DNA of 63,260 nucleotides, counting the filler, from Hyphochytrium catenoides (taxonomy: Eukaryota > Protista > Hyphochytriomycota): NCBI GenBank assembly GCA_900088475.1. It is 7 parts of 7 records of this genome, joined end to end, with 100 filler letters (N's around TTAATTAATTAA, not from the genome) between each part and the next. Parts side by side here need not be neighbours in the genome. Positions count along the whole stretch, not along the records: positions 37,599 to 52,966 come from FLMG01002886.1; 6 more parts are not named here. One strand, 5' to 3'. This document shows positions 37,599 to 50,328 of this stretch, piece by piece. Position 1 is the stretch's first letter; the number at the start of each line of letters is the position of its first letter. The notes beneath the pieces were generated by a model, which worked only from the letters and a program-made list of their open reading frames with translations, was not told the DNA's origin and ran no database searches. Made by a program: the position numbers and the translations under genes.

Positions 37599-40188
37599 AT
37601 CAAACTCGTCCTCTCGTTCTGCGTACATCACATTGTCATCGACCAGCTGATACCCCGGAGGGAACATCGGACCCTGCAATCCACACATACTTAGCTGGGT
37701 CGATATGCCCTAAAAATATGCAGTTTCTGACTTCCTCAAACGACAAAAAGAAGGAAGAAGAGCTGGACAAAGGAGGCTCAAGACGCAGGCTAAGACAGAG
37801 GGCTGAGGTACCACAGGCAAGCCAATAAAGACCACGACTGGATAGGCGATGGAGCGAGGCCAGCAATCCCACTGAACTCACGGCAAAGTCGCTCTTGAAG
37901 GGCTTCTCTAGTACGTAGAGATGCCCAATGTTCGATACGGCGGCAATCAGGGGTCGCAGGGGATGCCATTGGAGGTCCAACACACCTTCCCGCACCTCTT
38001 CTACCATCTGAGGGAGACCTCCGCCGCCCTCTCTCCCTCTTCCACCATCGCCCTCATCTTCTTTGTTGAAGAGCTCACTCCACACATAAACCCCAGAGCC
38101 TTGATAGCGGCTGGATGGGATGCCTAACACTCTACTGCCGTCGTGGCTGATAGCACACCTACCCCAGGGCCCTGGAGAGAGTTGAGGGTAGCACGTCAGA
38201 AGCAAGTACCAAGGCCTTCGTAAAAGTCTAGAGTTATGAGAGATCAAAGGAGAGCCAAGAATAGGATAAGGCCACTGCGCTGCGGGCAGACCTAGTGTGC
38301 GAGCATACGCAACAGACTGAAAATAAGGCAGCTGGAATGTCATGAGAAGACAAATTTAATGCAAGGAAGAAGCTCTAGACGCAAAAAGGGAGAGGAGCGG
38401 AAGACGATTAGCTCGTGTCACTCCCTGCCCTTACCTCTCACAGCTCCAATGGTATAGATTCTCTCGTCCTTCAACATCGCTCCGTCTGAGGCGGAGCGGA
38501 GGTCAAAACGCCTCAGTCCCTTCACCGAAGTGATAAGAATGAACTCTTCACTGCTACTGAGGCTAATGTTGGCCACAGGAATGCCAGAAAATGTCCCTGA
38601 CCCAGGGAAACTCTTCTTCTCTATGACTTGTAACGTATTAAGGTCCACTATGCACACGAATCCCTTGGTGCTGCTAAAGATCGCCTTTCGAGAAGACTGG
38701 AAGACCTCGCATACAGTGTACGTGTCTCTCGAAGGTTTCTTTTCTTTTTCCTGGGACGGCTCTTTGTCTTTGTCCCTTTCTTCAGTGGGGAGATCGGCCG
38801 GCGAGTCCTCATAGCCGCCGAGCTCGATGTGCACAGCGGTGGAGGCGGCAAAGTCAACTAGAAGAGGGTCCTTTTGCTCTAAACACAGAATGCATTGCCG
38901 ATGGTTGTTGGGAATCGCCTTACAGCCAGAAGCTCCATACTGGCAGCTGCAGTTGAGTAAAATCAAAGAGAGAGGATGAAAGAATGCGGGGAGAAAAAGA
39001 AGGAGAGAGAGGGAAAGGGCGCGAGAGAAGGAAAGAGAGAGAGGGGCAGAGGGAAGAAAGAGAGAGAGATATAGGAAGGGGAAAGGAGAGAGATAGAGCA
39101 GAGAAAGCAAGAGGAGAGAAAGCGGTGAGTAAATTTTGAGCAATCGTGGTTGATGCTCAAGCGAGGACTCAAGGAAAACAACGACAAGTAAGTTGTACCC
39201 CCGCGGCGCGAAGACTTCAGCTCAAGGTATCGGAAAACAATGTCCACAGAAAGGGAGAAAGTGAAGGTGCTACGGAGTAATAACCAAGGCAAAATAGAGC
39301 GATAACGGAGAGGACAACGAAGATAGGCAATGCAGAGAAGGAAAAACAGATTCAGACCCAAAAGGCAAGAGAGACGATAGGCATGCCAGAGAGAGTGAAA
39401 GCTTTGGCATGCGCAAGCGTGACGAGGTTGAAGGAGAAAGAAAGCCGTTGACGTAGCTGTAGACGCAAAAAGGATGTCGTGGAAGAATGGTTACGTGGAT
39501 CAGTAGGCGAGGAAGATAAAGGAAAGCACGTTAGCGCCGCCGAACCTGAAGGCATGCACTATCTTCCTTTCCGCCACATCCCAGATAAGGAGCAACGTGT
39601 GAGCTACCCGTGCGCTAGCACCGCTGAGTTTATAGGCAACGTGGAGGTATCGGGAGTCTGAGGACCAGCTGCAAGCCACCACTTTCCGCACTTTTCGAAG
39701 TACATCTCCATCTATGTCCTCTACCGCAATGAAGCGCGTGGGCTCACTTTGCCGAAGGGGCGGAGGCTTACGTTTGGCAGTGCCCAAAGGGCTGCTGTTA
39801 GATGGCAAACGCCTGTTTTCTCTCTCAGACCCTCTTGGAGAGAGAGCAACCTTCCGTGGGGAGTAACATTGCTCAGCTCGAGGTAAAGCCTCTGGGCTCT
39901 CAGGGTCTAGGACACAACAGAGCACTCGCAAGGTGGAGAAGTCCCACAGAGCTACCTGGGAGAGAGTGAAGAGTGAGGCAGATTGTATGCATTGGGATCG
40001 GGCCATAAGAGTCTTACCCTCCCATCGCTCTCGCCTACAGCCAAGAAGTTGCCTCGACGGTTAAAGGCAAGGCATGTGGCGGAAAAGTGATCATCCTCAA
40101 GCTCCTCCCATGAGCCTTTCGTCGGATCTTCACATTCCTGCAGCTTGCCCGCAAGGGTGTCAATGCTCTTGATCAGCATGACGTTCAT
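37599..40188 (-). CDS. RBBP5: RBBP5/Swd1 WD40 subunit of the COMPASS H3K4 methyltransferase complex (3' truncated at a linker)
   Basis: CLAFNRRGNFLAVGESDGR|VALWDFST, CSWSSDSRYL, DLQWHPLRPLIAAVS, and the signature tail FPPGYQLVDDNVMYAEREDEFD. Confidence 0.85.
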
Positions 40189-42646
40189 CGTGTAGCAACT
40201 ACAGTCAAAAAGCTCTGCCTAGCTCCAGACCCTAGCATTGACCTCGGTCCACATCCACCTTGCCTTTTCCCGTAGGTCCCCTTGATCGTGCAGTGATATT
40301 GTTCACTAGCAGCACGGAAGGACTTCCAGCCCGTCGCTGGCCTTTACTCCGCCGTTGCCTTCGCTCTTTCATCAGCGAATGAAGACGATTCTAGCTTCAT
40401 CCTTACTCCGTCTGCGTGGCTGACCACTGCTGGCGGGCTGGCTACGATAGGAGCGCTACTCTGCGGCTGCGGCGGCGGCAGAAGAGGTTTGAAGCTGTTG
40501 AGATGCGTCGTTGAGAGAGGTGGAGATCAATGAGAGTGGGGAATATTTCCAAACTGAAACCTTTTACAGAATTGTTCCAAGTGCTGCCCATATCTACTGC
40601 ATTTGTAGTGACTATGGAGAAGTATATTTCATAGTGATACTTTCAAAATTACGCGGGAGCGGGGTATGAACCTCCAAATTTGAAAAAATATCGTGATCAG
40701 CCCACCACGACCGACCACCACAGGAAACCTAAGCACCACCAAGGATATAATATACCGTGCTGGTTGGTCATCATTCGCTCATAATAGAGAGTCCAACAAC
40801 AAGCGAGCACCTTCTTGTTCATCATTCTCTTCTTGCTGTAGTAGGCAAAACTGGTGTTGATTGTGCTTCTTCATCATCAACAACGTCGCCTTCTTCTGCC
40901 GCTTCCAGAAGATTCTTTCCCCCCCCCCCCACTGGTGTCTAGTATAGCAGTAGTCATTGTAATACAAATGCTGCTGCTCAGGTAGTGTTCGCCCGTGGAA
41001 AAAGTGGCCGCAATTGCATCATTCGGTAGCTATGGGTTTCTCGTTGCCGCAAGGCCGGCTCCTCTTGGGCATTATTGTTACTAAGGAAGAAAGTGCCAGC
41101 AGCAGTACTACTTCCCTCCTTTTATACTCCACTGGTGATACGGCGCAGAAAGCAGGAATGCGAAAAGATGCTCACAAGCCCGAGGTAGAAGAAGAATGAA
41201 GGAGGAAGAAAGTGGTCAACAGTCTGGTCTTCGCATTGGTCGAATCGTCAAAAGTCATCAAGTCAGAGACAGAGAAGCTGGCTTATCATCAGCAGCAGGT
41301 GTCTCGGAAGGCTGGCGCTAATGCTTTGGTGTGCTTGACTATCTGGACATCATCCAAGCTCCCCATAGACTAAAATAAAGGATCAAACTCTACACATCTG
41401 CGGCCTTAGTTATTCACAAGTGATGATTGTGGTTATTTGACTCTCAGTTATCGCCAATCAATCCAAAACAGTTATCAAGGACTGCTGGAGTTAGAGTCGT
41501 CCGTGCAGATTTTGGGAGACAATCAAGGAAAGTAAATTCACACATTCATGTAACTTTTCAAACGCTCAACGGCGGAGGTTTTGGCGACATAAATCTTACA
41601 AACCAGAGCTTATTATATAGCTTCAGAATCCGATATCGGCTGCTCTAAATTTACGTGTTTATTCACATCAAGCTTTCAAGAATGATATAAACGTACAATA
41701 GAACAACTGTACCCAAACTACCAGTTATCTTTAGAGGTGAAACTTTACATTGAATATTCAATGTACTGCTAATGTCAACCAGAGATTATTCACATTCTTG
41801 CCTCCCATTCCCGTCTCTTCCAATTCCCTTGTTCTGCTGTTGGTGGGAAGAGCGGGACATACAAAATGAAGCGGTGAGACAGAAGTGGTGAGACAGAGTG
41901 CCAAGCATGTAGGTGTTAAAGACAGCAAACCCAGGAGAAAGAGAGACAGATCTGAGGACACTCAAAAGGAAGCAGGGGCAAAAAGGGCTTCAGAAAGACA
42001 AAGACAGAGAGAGACAGAGAGACAGATGACAGAGAGAAAGGAAGGAGACGAGAGACTCCCAGCCAACACGCATTAGCGCCACTTCTGGATTCACGAAGCT
42101 CGAGCAGCGCCGCACAGAAGCGCAATTGCAGCACAGCAAGTGTCGTCAGTAAGCTGCGACAACGCTAGCAAAAGCTGCAAGTAGCTGGGTTGTAAGGAAG
42201 GTGATCGTTTTGACGAGGCTATTCTGAGCTTGGAAGGGTCTTAGCTCCGGTGCAAATCGAGCGTGACTGCTCCTGTACCCGCTTGCTATAGGTAGGCTGT
42301 GGCCGCGGTGCCGTGCTTGTCGCGGATTTTGTAGTCAACGAGGAGAATGTTGATGGCATGAGATGATCTGATCTGAAGTAAGCGCATTAGCCGGTTGGCT
42401 GACCATCACGGGCATTTTTGACCCCGTGGTTGCGGGATGCACTTTTTGCTGTATACATAGTGGAACGACAGCCAGCGATGTGACTGAGCGCTCTACTTCT
42501 CTAGGCATCTGAACTGTTTGAAGAAGGTTATGGGTCAGACAATTTTCGTTGAAAGGTTCTTCTAAAGTTCTGAGTGGCTCACCAGCACCCGACCACACGA
42601 AATAAGCGTATTTTGAGGTGCAGCGCTAGCGGCGCTTGAAACAAGC

Positions 42647-45600
42647 ATGGCAGCCAGGTAGGTGTTTGGCTTCTATCTTCCTGTGTCCTCAATCCATAGG
42701 CACTGACAGTCCTCTAGTCACCCTAGGGGTCCTGTCAAGGAGCTGAAGGTGGAGGATGCTCTCCTCTATCTGGACCAGGTAGGAGGCGTTGTAGCTGGCC
42801 AATAAACCAAACCTCTCTTACGCTTCTTTCTATTCTCGCTACGGCATATTCTGCTCTTTCTTTGGCCGTTTGCAGGTCAAGTCCCAGTTCCAGGACCAGC
42901 CTAACATCTATAACAAGTTCTTGGACATCATGAAAAACTTCAAAGCCCAAGCGTCAGTACAATCAAACTCCACAATATCCCGCTTGTTGATCCTGAACCT
43001 CTTTCATAATGGACTGAATGTGTAGAATTGACACGCCCGGGGTCATCAAGCAAGTGTCGCAGCTTTTTCGGGGTTATCCGAAGCTGATTTTAGGATTCAA
43101 CACCTTCCTACCGCCGGGCTTCAAGATTAGACCTGAAGACGCCGAGATGGCAGGGGCTCTACCTCCTGCGTATCCTCCTCCTCCTCTTCCGCCTGTAGGA
43201 CCAACTCCTAGCCTTTCCCCTTCGGCCAACCACCGACCGCCAGATGAACCGAACCGTGTTGGGCCAGCAGTTGCAAGGTATGAAGCAGAGGAGATAGCAA
43301 GGCACTACCAAACAATAAGCATTGAAGGGATCCAAAAAGAGGGAAAGTGCTGTTGGAAATAAAGACAGGATGAGGGGACACACGGATGCCTGACAATAGG
43401 TTTGGACCACTAAATCACATGCTAGACTCACATCACTTATCTGCCTTCTCTTTTTCATATCTTCCGGTGGTCCTGAAAATAGACAACCTCCCCCGCCTAC
43501 AGCTGGACCGGGAGCGCCACCGGGGAATGCTCAACAGCCTGTCGAGTTTGACCACGCAATTCACTACGTAACAACCATCAAAAGGCGGTTCAATGACCAG
43601 CCAGAGGTGTATAAGTCCTTTCTTGAGATCCTGCATACGTATCAAAAGGAGCAGCGGTCTATTAAACAGGCAAGTGAATGGGCAGCTTCGGAGTTTAAGG
43701 CTGGCGAGCAATGTACACTTTTCTCTTCTTGGGAAGTGAGATGGTGAAGGACGGTGTCGGCTAAGTATTCCAGACGAGGTAAAGATGTGGATTATATATA
43801 GAGACCATTGAGGTGATAAAAGGGAGATGGCATAGAGTGCAGTGTCAGCATTATAACGGTCAAGCCATTGTTCAAGGAACTCTTTTCACGTGATCGATGT
43901 AAGGTATCCCTGCTAACGCTCGCCCTTCATCCCTATGGCTGTTGGACCCTTGCGTTACAGGTGCTAGAACAAGTCTCCGAGCTCTTTAGAGATCATCCAG
44001 ATCTTCTTAAGGAGTTCACCTACTTCCTTCCCGATGCGGTTCAAGAGCAAGCTAAGGAAAAGCTTAATAAAGCCGCTCAAAAGGCGATAGACAGAAAGAA
44101 CAAGCAGGCAGCTGCCGCAAAAAAGAAAGCTGAGGAGCAGAAGAGTGCGAAGCAGCCCTCTGAAAAGGTACTCTTGCCCTATTAGCTTGCCCTATCTCGT
44201 GTATACCATTATTCAATGTGGGCGGCACCTTCCTTGCGGTAGGCCAGATTGCGCTTTTTACCCGTTTTGGTACTATCTGCCCTTTTTCGCTCCGTATGTC
44301 ATACCCCGCTACTAATACTGACGGCAGGCTGACCGTCCTCAGCAACGGGAAAAAGAAGCTAACCGGGAGAAGGAGAAAGAAAAGGAGAGGGAAAGGGAAA
44401 GAGAGCGAGAACGCGAGGAGCGAGAGCGGGAGAGAGAAGCTAGAAGAGCCGCACGGAGGTAAGCGAATGCTCGGCATACTTCTCCTTTTTAGGGCCGACC
44501 TAGGTTTCTTTGGTCAGTGCCTTGATCTTTCCTACCGTGTTTATTGCCCTATTCTATTTTAGACAGCAACGTCGTCTCACGTCTGGAAGCTCACTCTTCA
44601 TTCAACTGGTCTCTTCTGCTTGTCATGGTGGTCCGTAGGGAGAGGAAAAGAGCAAGAGAGGCGCGCTTAAAGTCTGCCTTCGAGGACAGCACCGTTTTGG
44701 CATCCGAAAGACGATTTTTCGAGAATGTGAAAGCCACCTGCGCTTCCCGAGAGCAATGGCATGAATTTTTGAAGTGCTTGGATCTCTTCAGTCAGGAGCT
44801 TCTCACGAGACAAGAAATGCTCTCCCTTGTCGGTGTGCTGCTTGGTAAGTGAGAAGAAAATGCGAAGCATATGAAGCTTCTAGATAGATACAGCCAGGCG
44901 AGGGGTAGAAAGCCAAGCACGTCTCCGGCTGAATGAAGATGTGGGAATGGGTTGAATTGTAGGACTGGTTGCGCTGGGGATCTGGGATTTGCGTTGTTTT
45001 CTAGGACTAGGCGCGATCAAGGTCAAACAGATCACAGCTGAACTTCCTTTTCTCTTCCCTCTACAGAGAAGCGCCAAGATCTGCTTGACGAATTCAAGCG
45101 TATCTTGAACGAAAGAGGTGTTAGCGACAGCGCAGCAGATGTCTGGTACTCGATGCCCCTAGCGGAGATTGATCTTAGCCAATGCCGCCGTTGCACTCCT
45201 TCCTACCGAGGGCTGCCTTCTTCCTACCCGGTTCCACCCTCTTCAGAGAGAGAGGAGTTGGAGAAGAGCGTATGCAATGACGAATGGGTCTCGGTTCCTA
45301 CTGGAAGCGAAGATTTTTCCTTCAAGAATATGAGGAAGAACCAGGTAATGATCTTTGCTGACAAAGGATGAACGGGTGATGAACTACTAGGAAAGTGTAG
45401 AAACTGAACGATGATCAGCGAGAGTTCGCACCTAGTTTCACCGTACTTTTCTCGGATTGGTATGACTATTCTTACCTGCGAGAGCTATCTGAGCACCCCT
45501 CACTTTGTTTCTCGTTTCTCCTTCGACCTTTGCAGTACGAGGAGGCTTTGTTTAAGTGCGAGGATGAGCGCTTTGAAATAGATATGGTCATCGACAGCAA

Positions 45601-48600
45601 TGCAGCGACAATAAGGATATTAGAGCCCCTGGCAGAGGAGATCCAGATGTTGAAAGATAAAGAGGTACAACTCTTTTGCTGCTTCACTCTTTTGCTGCTT
45701 CAACCTTGAGGATTATATGTTCACACAGCAATCTTCGATATTAGGCTAAGGGTGATGGTGCGCCGGTCTTCTATCGCCTTGATAAGCGGACTTTCGGAAC
45801 CATTCATCTTAATGCCATTGCACGGATCTATGGAGAGCATGGCAATGAAGTTCTAGAGCTTTTAAGGAAGAATCCAGCAGGAGCTATTCCAGTCATTTTG
45901 CAGCGCTTACGACAAAAAGATGAGGAGTGGCGGAAAGCTCGTCAGGATTTGAATAAGCAATGGAAGGAGGTCTTGGAGAAAAACTTCCACAAAAGCCTTG
46001 ACCATCGCTCCTTCTATTTCAAGCAGGTAAAGGGAGAGGAAGGAATGTCCGGCGCATGTGAGGGGAGAGTCGGTCTCTGTGCAAGTGTTGAAGTAAGAGG
46101 AAAGATCCGAGATAGAAAGGGGTGCTAAAGAAGGATTATGGGAGCTCTGCCCGGTCAGAATAGATTCCAAAGGAAGGAGGCGCAGAACAGGGTAGAATGC
46201 ACTTGAGAGAAACCATGGTAGTAAGTCTGTCGCAGTATGTGCTCACGTTACGTTCACTTCGCGTCTTCGCAGAGTGACAAGAAGCACATCAGCAACAAGT
46301 TTCTGTTGGCAGAGGCTAAAGCAAAGCTGGAGGAGAGCCTGGGAAAAGACGAAAACCAGGCTACCAATGGGCCTGTTCCGGATGCGATGCAGACAGACGA
46401 GAGCGGAGAAGCGAAAGAGAAAGACGGAGAGGTGTGGTCGCCCCATTTCCAGTTCAAGTATCCTGTTCCTTCCATCCACCGCGACGTTCATGCTGTTCTC
46501 TCCTATGCGGCGGAGATGAGCATTGGGAATGAAAAGGAAAGGGTGATGAAGCTGTGGCGAGAGGTCTTCCTCAGTTTTTTCAACCTTCCGGAAGAATGGC
46601 TCAGGTATACTTCTACTTTCCCCACAGCTGCATAATGTTCTACCCCTCTTCCGTTAGCCTCTTCGTTATTTCTTATCCCCTGTGGTCTTCGTGAGTGCGG
46701 CAAACTAACGTCTGACGGTCTCACTGCATACATAATTGCAGATCGAGTTCCGGAGTCGGCACTGCTCCTGCTTCAGCGGACGACGCACTAAAGCCTGGCA
46801 CGGATGTAGAGACTCCGTATGGCCCTGGGGTCGTAGATCTCTACCGACAGGATGATTCTCTCTACATTGTCAAGCTTCCTTTTGGCATCGCGTATGTCCA
46901 GCCTTCTGACATCAAAGTAGAGAAAGAAGAAGAGTTTCCTCAAGAGATCCCAGTAGCCGATGAACCGGGAGACCAGCGTCCTGTTCCGTCTTATGCTCCC
47001 GTCCGCGGACGACAGGAGATTCTGATTGGAAACGCCAATATCTACATCTTTTTCCGCCTACACCAGAAGCTCTACGACCGTCTGCTGAGTGCTAAGGAAG
47101 CGTGTGACAGAGCGCGGCGGAACAGGAACACTCTCATTGTTAACCCTGCAGCGAGAGCCATTGCTGAGGCTCGAGCACATGATGTGGAAGGCGATGATCC
47201 AAAGGATAAACAAGGAGACTATCAGACCTACCTCGCCATTTTGTACGCATTGTTGGATAACTCTATGGATAACTCTAGGTACGTCTCTGAGAAGAGAAGA
47301 GAGTGACTGTCAGTGAGAGCAGGACCAGTAAAGACGCGATGTAGACTCGGACAACGTGAAAATGATAACTCGAAAGGAAGGGTGATGATGGAGAGAGAAG
47401 ATACCAGAGAATGGCGAGGCAATTTCCTCAGACTAACCTGAGTGTCTTCCCAGATACGAGGACAGCTGCCGTTCCCTGATGGGAACAGCTTCGTATTTGC
47501 TATTTACTATGGACAAGCTGCTCTCACACATGCTCAAGCACCTTCAGACTATGGCCTCGGACGAAACCTGTGTGAAGTTGTGTGAGCTCTATCGCAGACA
47601 AAGAGAGGGAGATGGAGGAGTCCTTCCCAACGCCTACATTGAAGAGGCCAAGGCGATCTGCAAGGGAGACGAGGGCTTCCGCATTCAATTCAAGCCCGGA
47701 GTGAGAAGACTGACACCTCTCGCTCCTGGTAAGTAATGCTTGCTAAATTTTTCTTATTTCTCATGTTGCCCATCCTGCTGGTTGATCTTATCTGCGAAGG
47801 CTTCCCCGTTTGAAGTGCTTGATGATTGTCTCGTTGCTCCTTGGTTGGGTGGTGCCGCACACTATTGTTAGCCCTCTTCTCAAACTTGCCTGCGCTGACT
47901 CTCTTTTCTTCATTTTTCTCTGTACGTACAATGACTAATTTCTCGGCAATGCTATTTTGCGTGGCAGATGCCTTGGTGGGTGCAGGGAAGGTCGGTGGAG
48001 TGCCATCTTGGCTGCCCTCTCCTAGAGCTCGCAGAAAGCCACCTTGTGAGTGGCTCGTGGAGCCCACGTTGCAGATTGAGTGCTTGGGATCACTCAGGGT
48101 TCGTACCAAGCTTCCTCTCGTCTCTTGCTAGCTTCTCTCTATTCTCGCAGCTGGTTCCTGTCACACTACCATTGCTGGTTTCGCTTGTTTCTGTTGACTT
48201 TTCTGTGTGTCTTGGAGCCTGGATCGTGCTCGACTCTTGGCCCTTGGCTACCCCACGAAGATGTCTGCTTGCGCCTCCCCGTCGTAACTACGTTGGCTTC
48301 CATGCTGCAGGTTGAGGAGGAGCCTATAGCCGCAACGGAGGATGCAGAAGAGGTGAAGGTAGTGACTGAGGAAAAACCAAGAGCTGTGTTAGAGGTGAGG
48401 CAGTATGAAAGCTTTCTCAATCTGCGAGAATACGTCTAAACGTAACGTATTGCCTGGCACGTTAATATGGCAGGAGGCTAAGAAGGAGGAAGAAACAAAA
48501 GAAGAGAAGGAAGTTGAGGCAGTGAAGGAGGAGGCATTGGAGGAAGGAGAAGCCTCCGAAGAGCAACCACGCAAGAAGAGGAAAGTGGGAGAAGATGAAC

Positions 48601-48656
48601 CTGGACAGGCAGTCCCAGGAGATGCCATGGTTGAGGAAGAAGGCGACGGAAAGTGA
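42647..48656 (+). CDS. SIN3: SIN3 HDAC-complex scaffold (PAH1-3, HDAC-interaction domain, C-terminal region)
   Basis: [13 protein letters not shown]|[87 protein letters not shown]|[40 protein letters not shown]; stop TGA at 48654-48656. Confidence 0.96.
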
Positions 48657-49245
48657 GGACCTGTCCCGATGGCGTCAATACGAATCTTCAAATGTCAATA
48701 GCGGCAAGAATCAAAAGGGAGTGGAAGTCAAAGCGCTGCTGTCGGCAAGCGTCTATTATATCTTCAATTTATCTGTTACTGGAGACACCTGCTCTTCTAG
48801 GAACTTATCGTCCGGCCTTACTCGCCCCGTATGTTACTTCTCTCTCTCTCTCTCGGCAGCAGTTACCAGGACGTCTTCTTCCATAGCAAGTTAGGGGCCA
48901 CGAGGGGCTAGCCTCCACGTATAAATAAGTGCAAGAGAAGTCGTAGCCTGTTGGATGCCACGGGCTGCTCTTATCGTCAATCCTTATTGTCGTGGCCTAG
49001 TCAAGTGTAGCATTTAATTAGACAGAACACAAGGCCAATCCGCTATCCTTGGGCGCGACTGGCCTGACATCTATCAGAAGCTCTGAGTACTGAGAGAAGC
49101 TGAGGAGACCCATCGTTCCTGCTCGTCTCCTAAACTCTCTGCTGTCTTTGAAGAGTTTATGGGAAACCTACTGCCTTGCAGAGCTTCTTTCCATCCTGCA
49201 CCGTGATGAAGCGCGCCACTCTCAACAGCTCCAAAAAGCTCTGCT

Positions 49246-49443
49246 CATGGTGTCCTCTCGGCCTGGGGGACTTAAGTAAGTACTTGTAGCTGTCGTACTA
49301 CTTACTTATTTGTAGGACTATCCGCTTGAGAACAAAGAGATGCACAGCAACTTCTAGAGAGAGCATGGTATCGTCTCTGCTTGGGGGAATTAAGTAATTA
49401 CTTGTAGCTGTCATAATACGTACTTATTTGTAGGACTATCCGC
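49246..49443. repeat. Two imperfect 80-bp direct repeats separated by 38 bp
   Basis: 49246-49325 and 49364-49443, both CATGGT..GGGGGA.TTAAGTAA.TACTTGTAGCTGTC..TACTTATTTGTAGGACTATCCGC. Confidence 0.9.
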
Positions 49444-49692
49444 CTAAGTAGCAGCTTGTTCCCCAGACAAGATTAATTACAAGTACAAGTTCCATTATTG
49501 TGGAGTCAACTTACTTACGCTCAAATCTTCTTAGAGACATTGCTTCATTATGCGAAGCCCAACAGCTCATCACTTTTTTGATCCCATCTGCACTGTGAGA
49601 AGTGTCTCCACGGCCGCTGTTGGCGCTGCCAAGGCTTGCTGGATCCGGCTGCTTAGGAAGGCCCTGTGGCGGGTGTTGCCGGCGCTATAGAG

Positions 49693-50111
49693 ATGGCCCT
49701 TATAGTGGTCGTGGGCTTCATTTGCTTCCTTTTGGGTTATAACACCGCCAGATTACCTTGGAATAGTACGGAGCTCTGGCAGCAAAGCTTAGAAGTGCTA
49801 AGCACCTATCAAGGGTCTAAGGAGGTAACTTTCCAATGGAAGCTGCCATGAGCATAGTCTCAACCTAGCTCCTTGCAGATCACATTTTGTGCTGCCACCC
49901 TGGCGGCGATCATGCTTTTCTATCTACTGGCCATCTATATGCCGCTTGCCAACCTTGCAGAGGATGTGAGTAGCAATGTGAACTGGTCTCCACCCTATTG
50001 CTAACATCTTCCGCCTAGGAAGCATCCAAGTCTATAAATAGAGGCAGTCGCACCTCCTTTAGCACAGAGATAAGACGAAGAGGCAGCTTCCAAGAGATGT
50101 ACTACTCCTAG
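49693..50111 (+). CDS. Small 103-aa two-TM protein of unknown function (3 exons)
   Basis: Exons 49693-49824, 49879-49965 and 50019-50111 splice in phase 0 with canonical sites and a CTAAC branch point; two hydrophobic segments. Confidence 0.6.
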
Positions 50112-50328
50112 TAATCTATAAATGCGACGATGAATATTGTAATAGAACTTAGTGGAGCAGTAGAGTGTCATCGCTAGCCAGAGTCCTTATAATAAGCATA
50201 GATAGAGGTCTTGGGACTCTCTTGAAGCATGGACTCAAAAGCTCGGACATCAGCTAGAAACTCGAAGATGAGGAAGAGAGGGCCAACGGTAGAGGAAACA
50301 GAAGATAATAAGAGTGAGATCAAAGGTG

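Noticed and set aside
49246-49443. CRISPR array
   Set aside because: Only two diverged 80-bp units, no cas genes, and a eukaryotic context.
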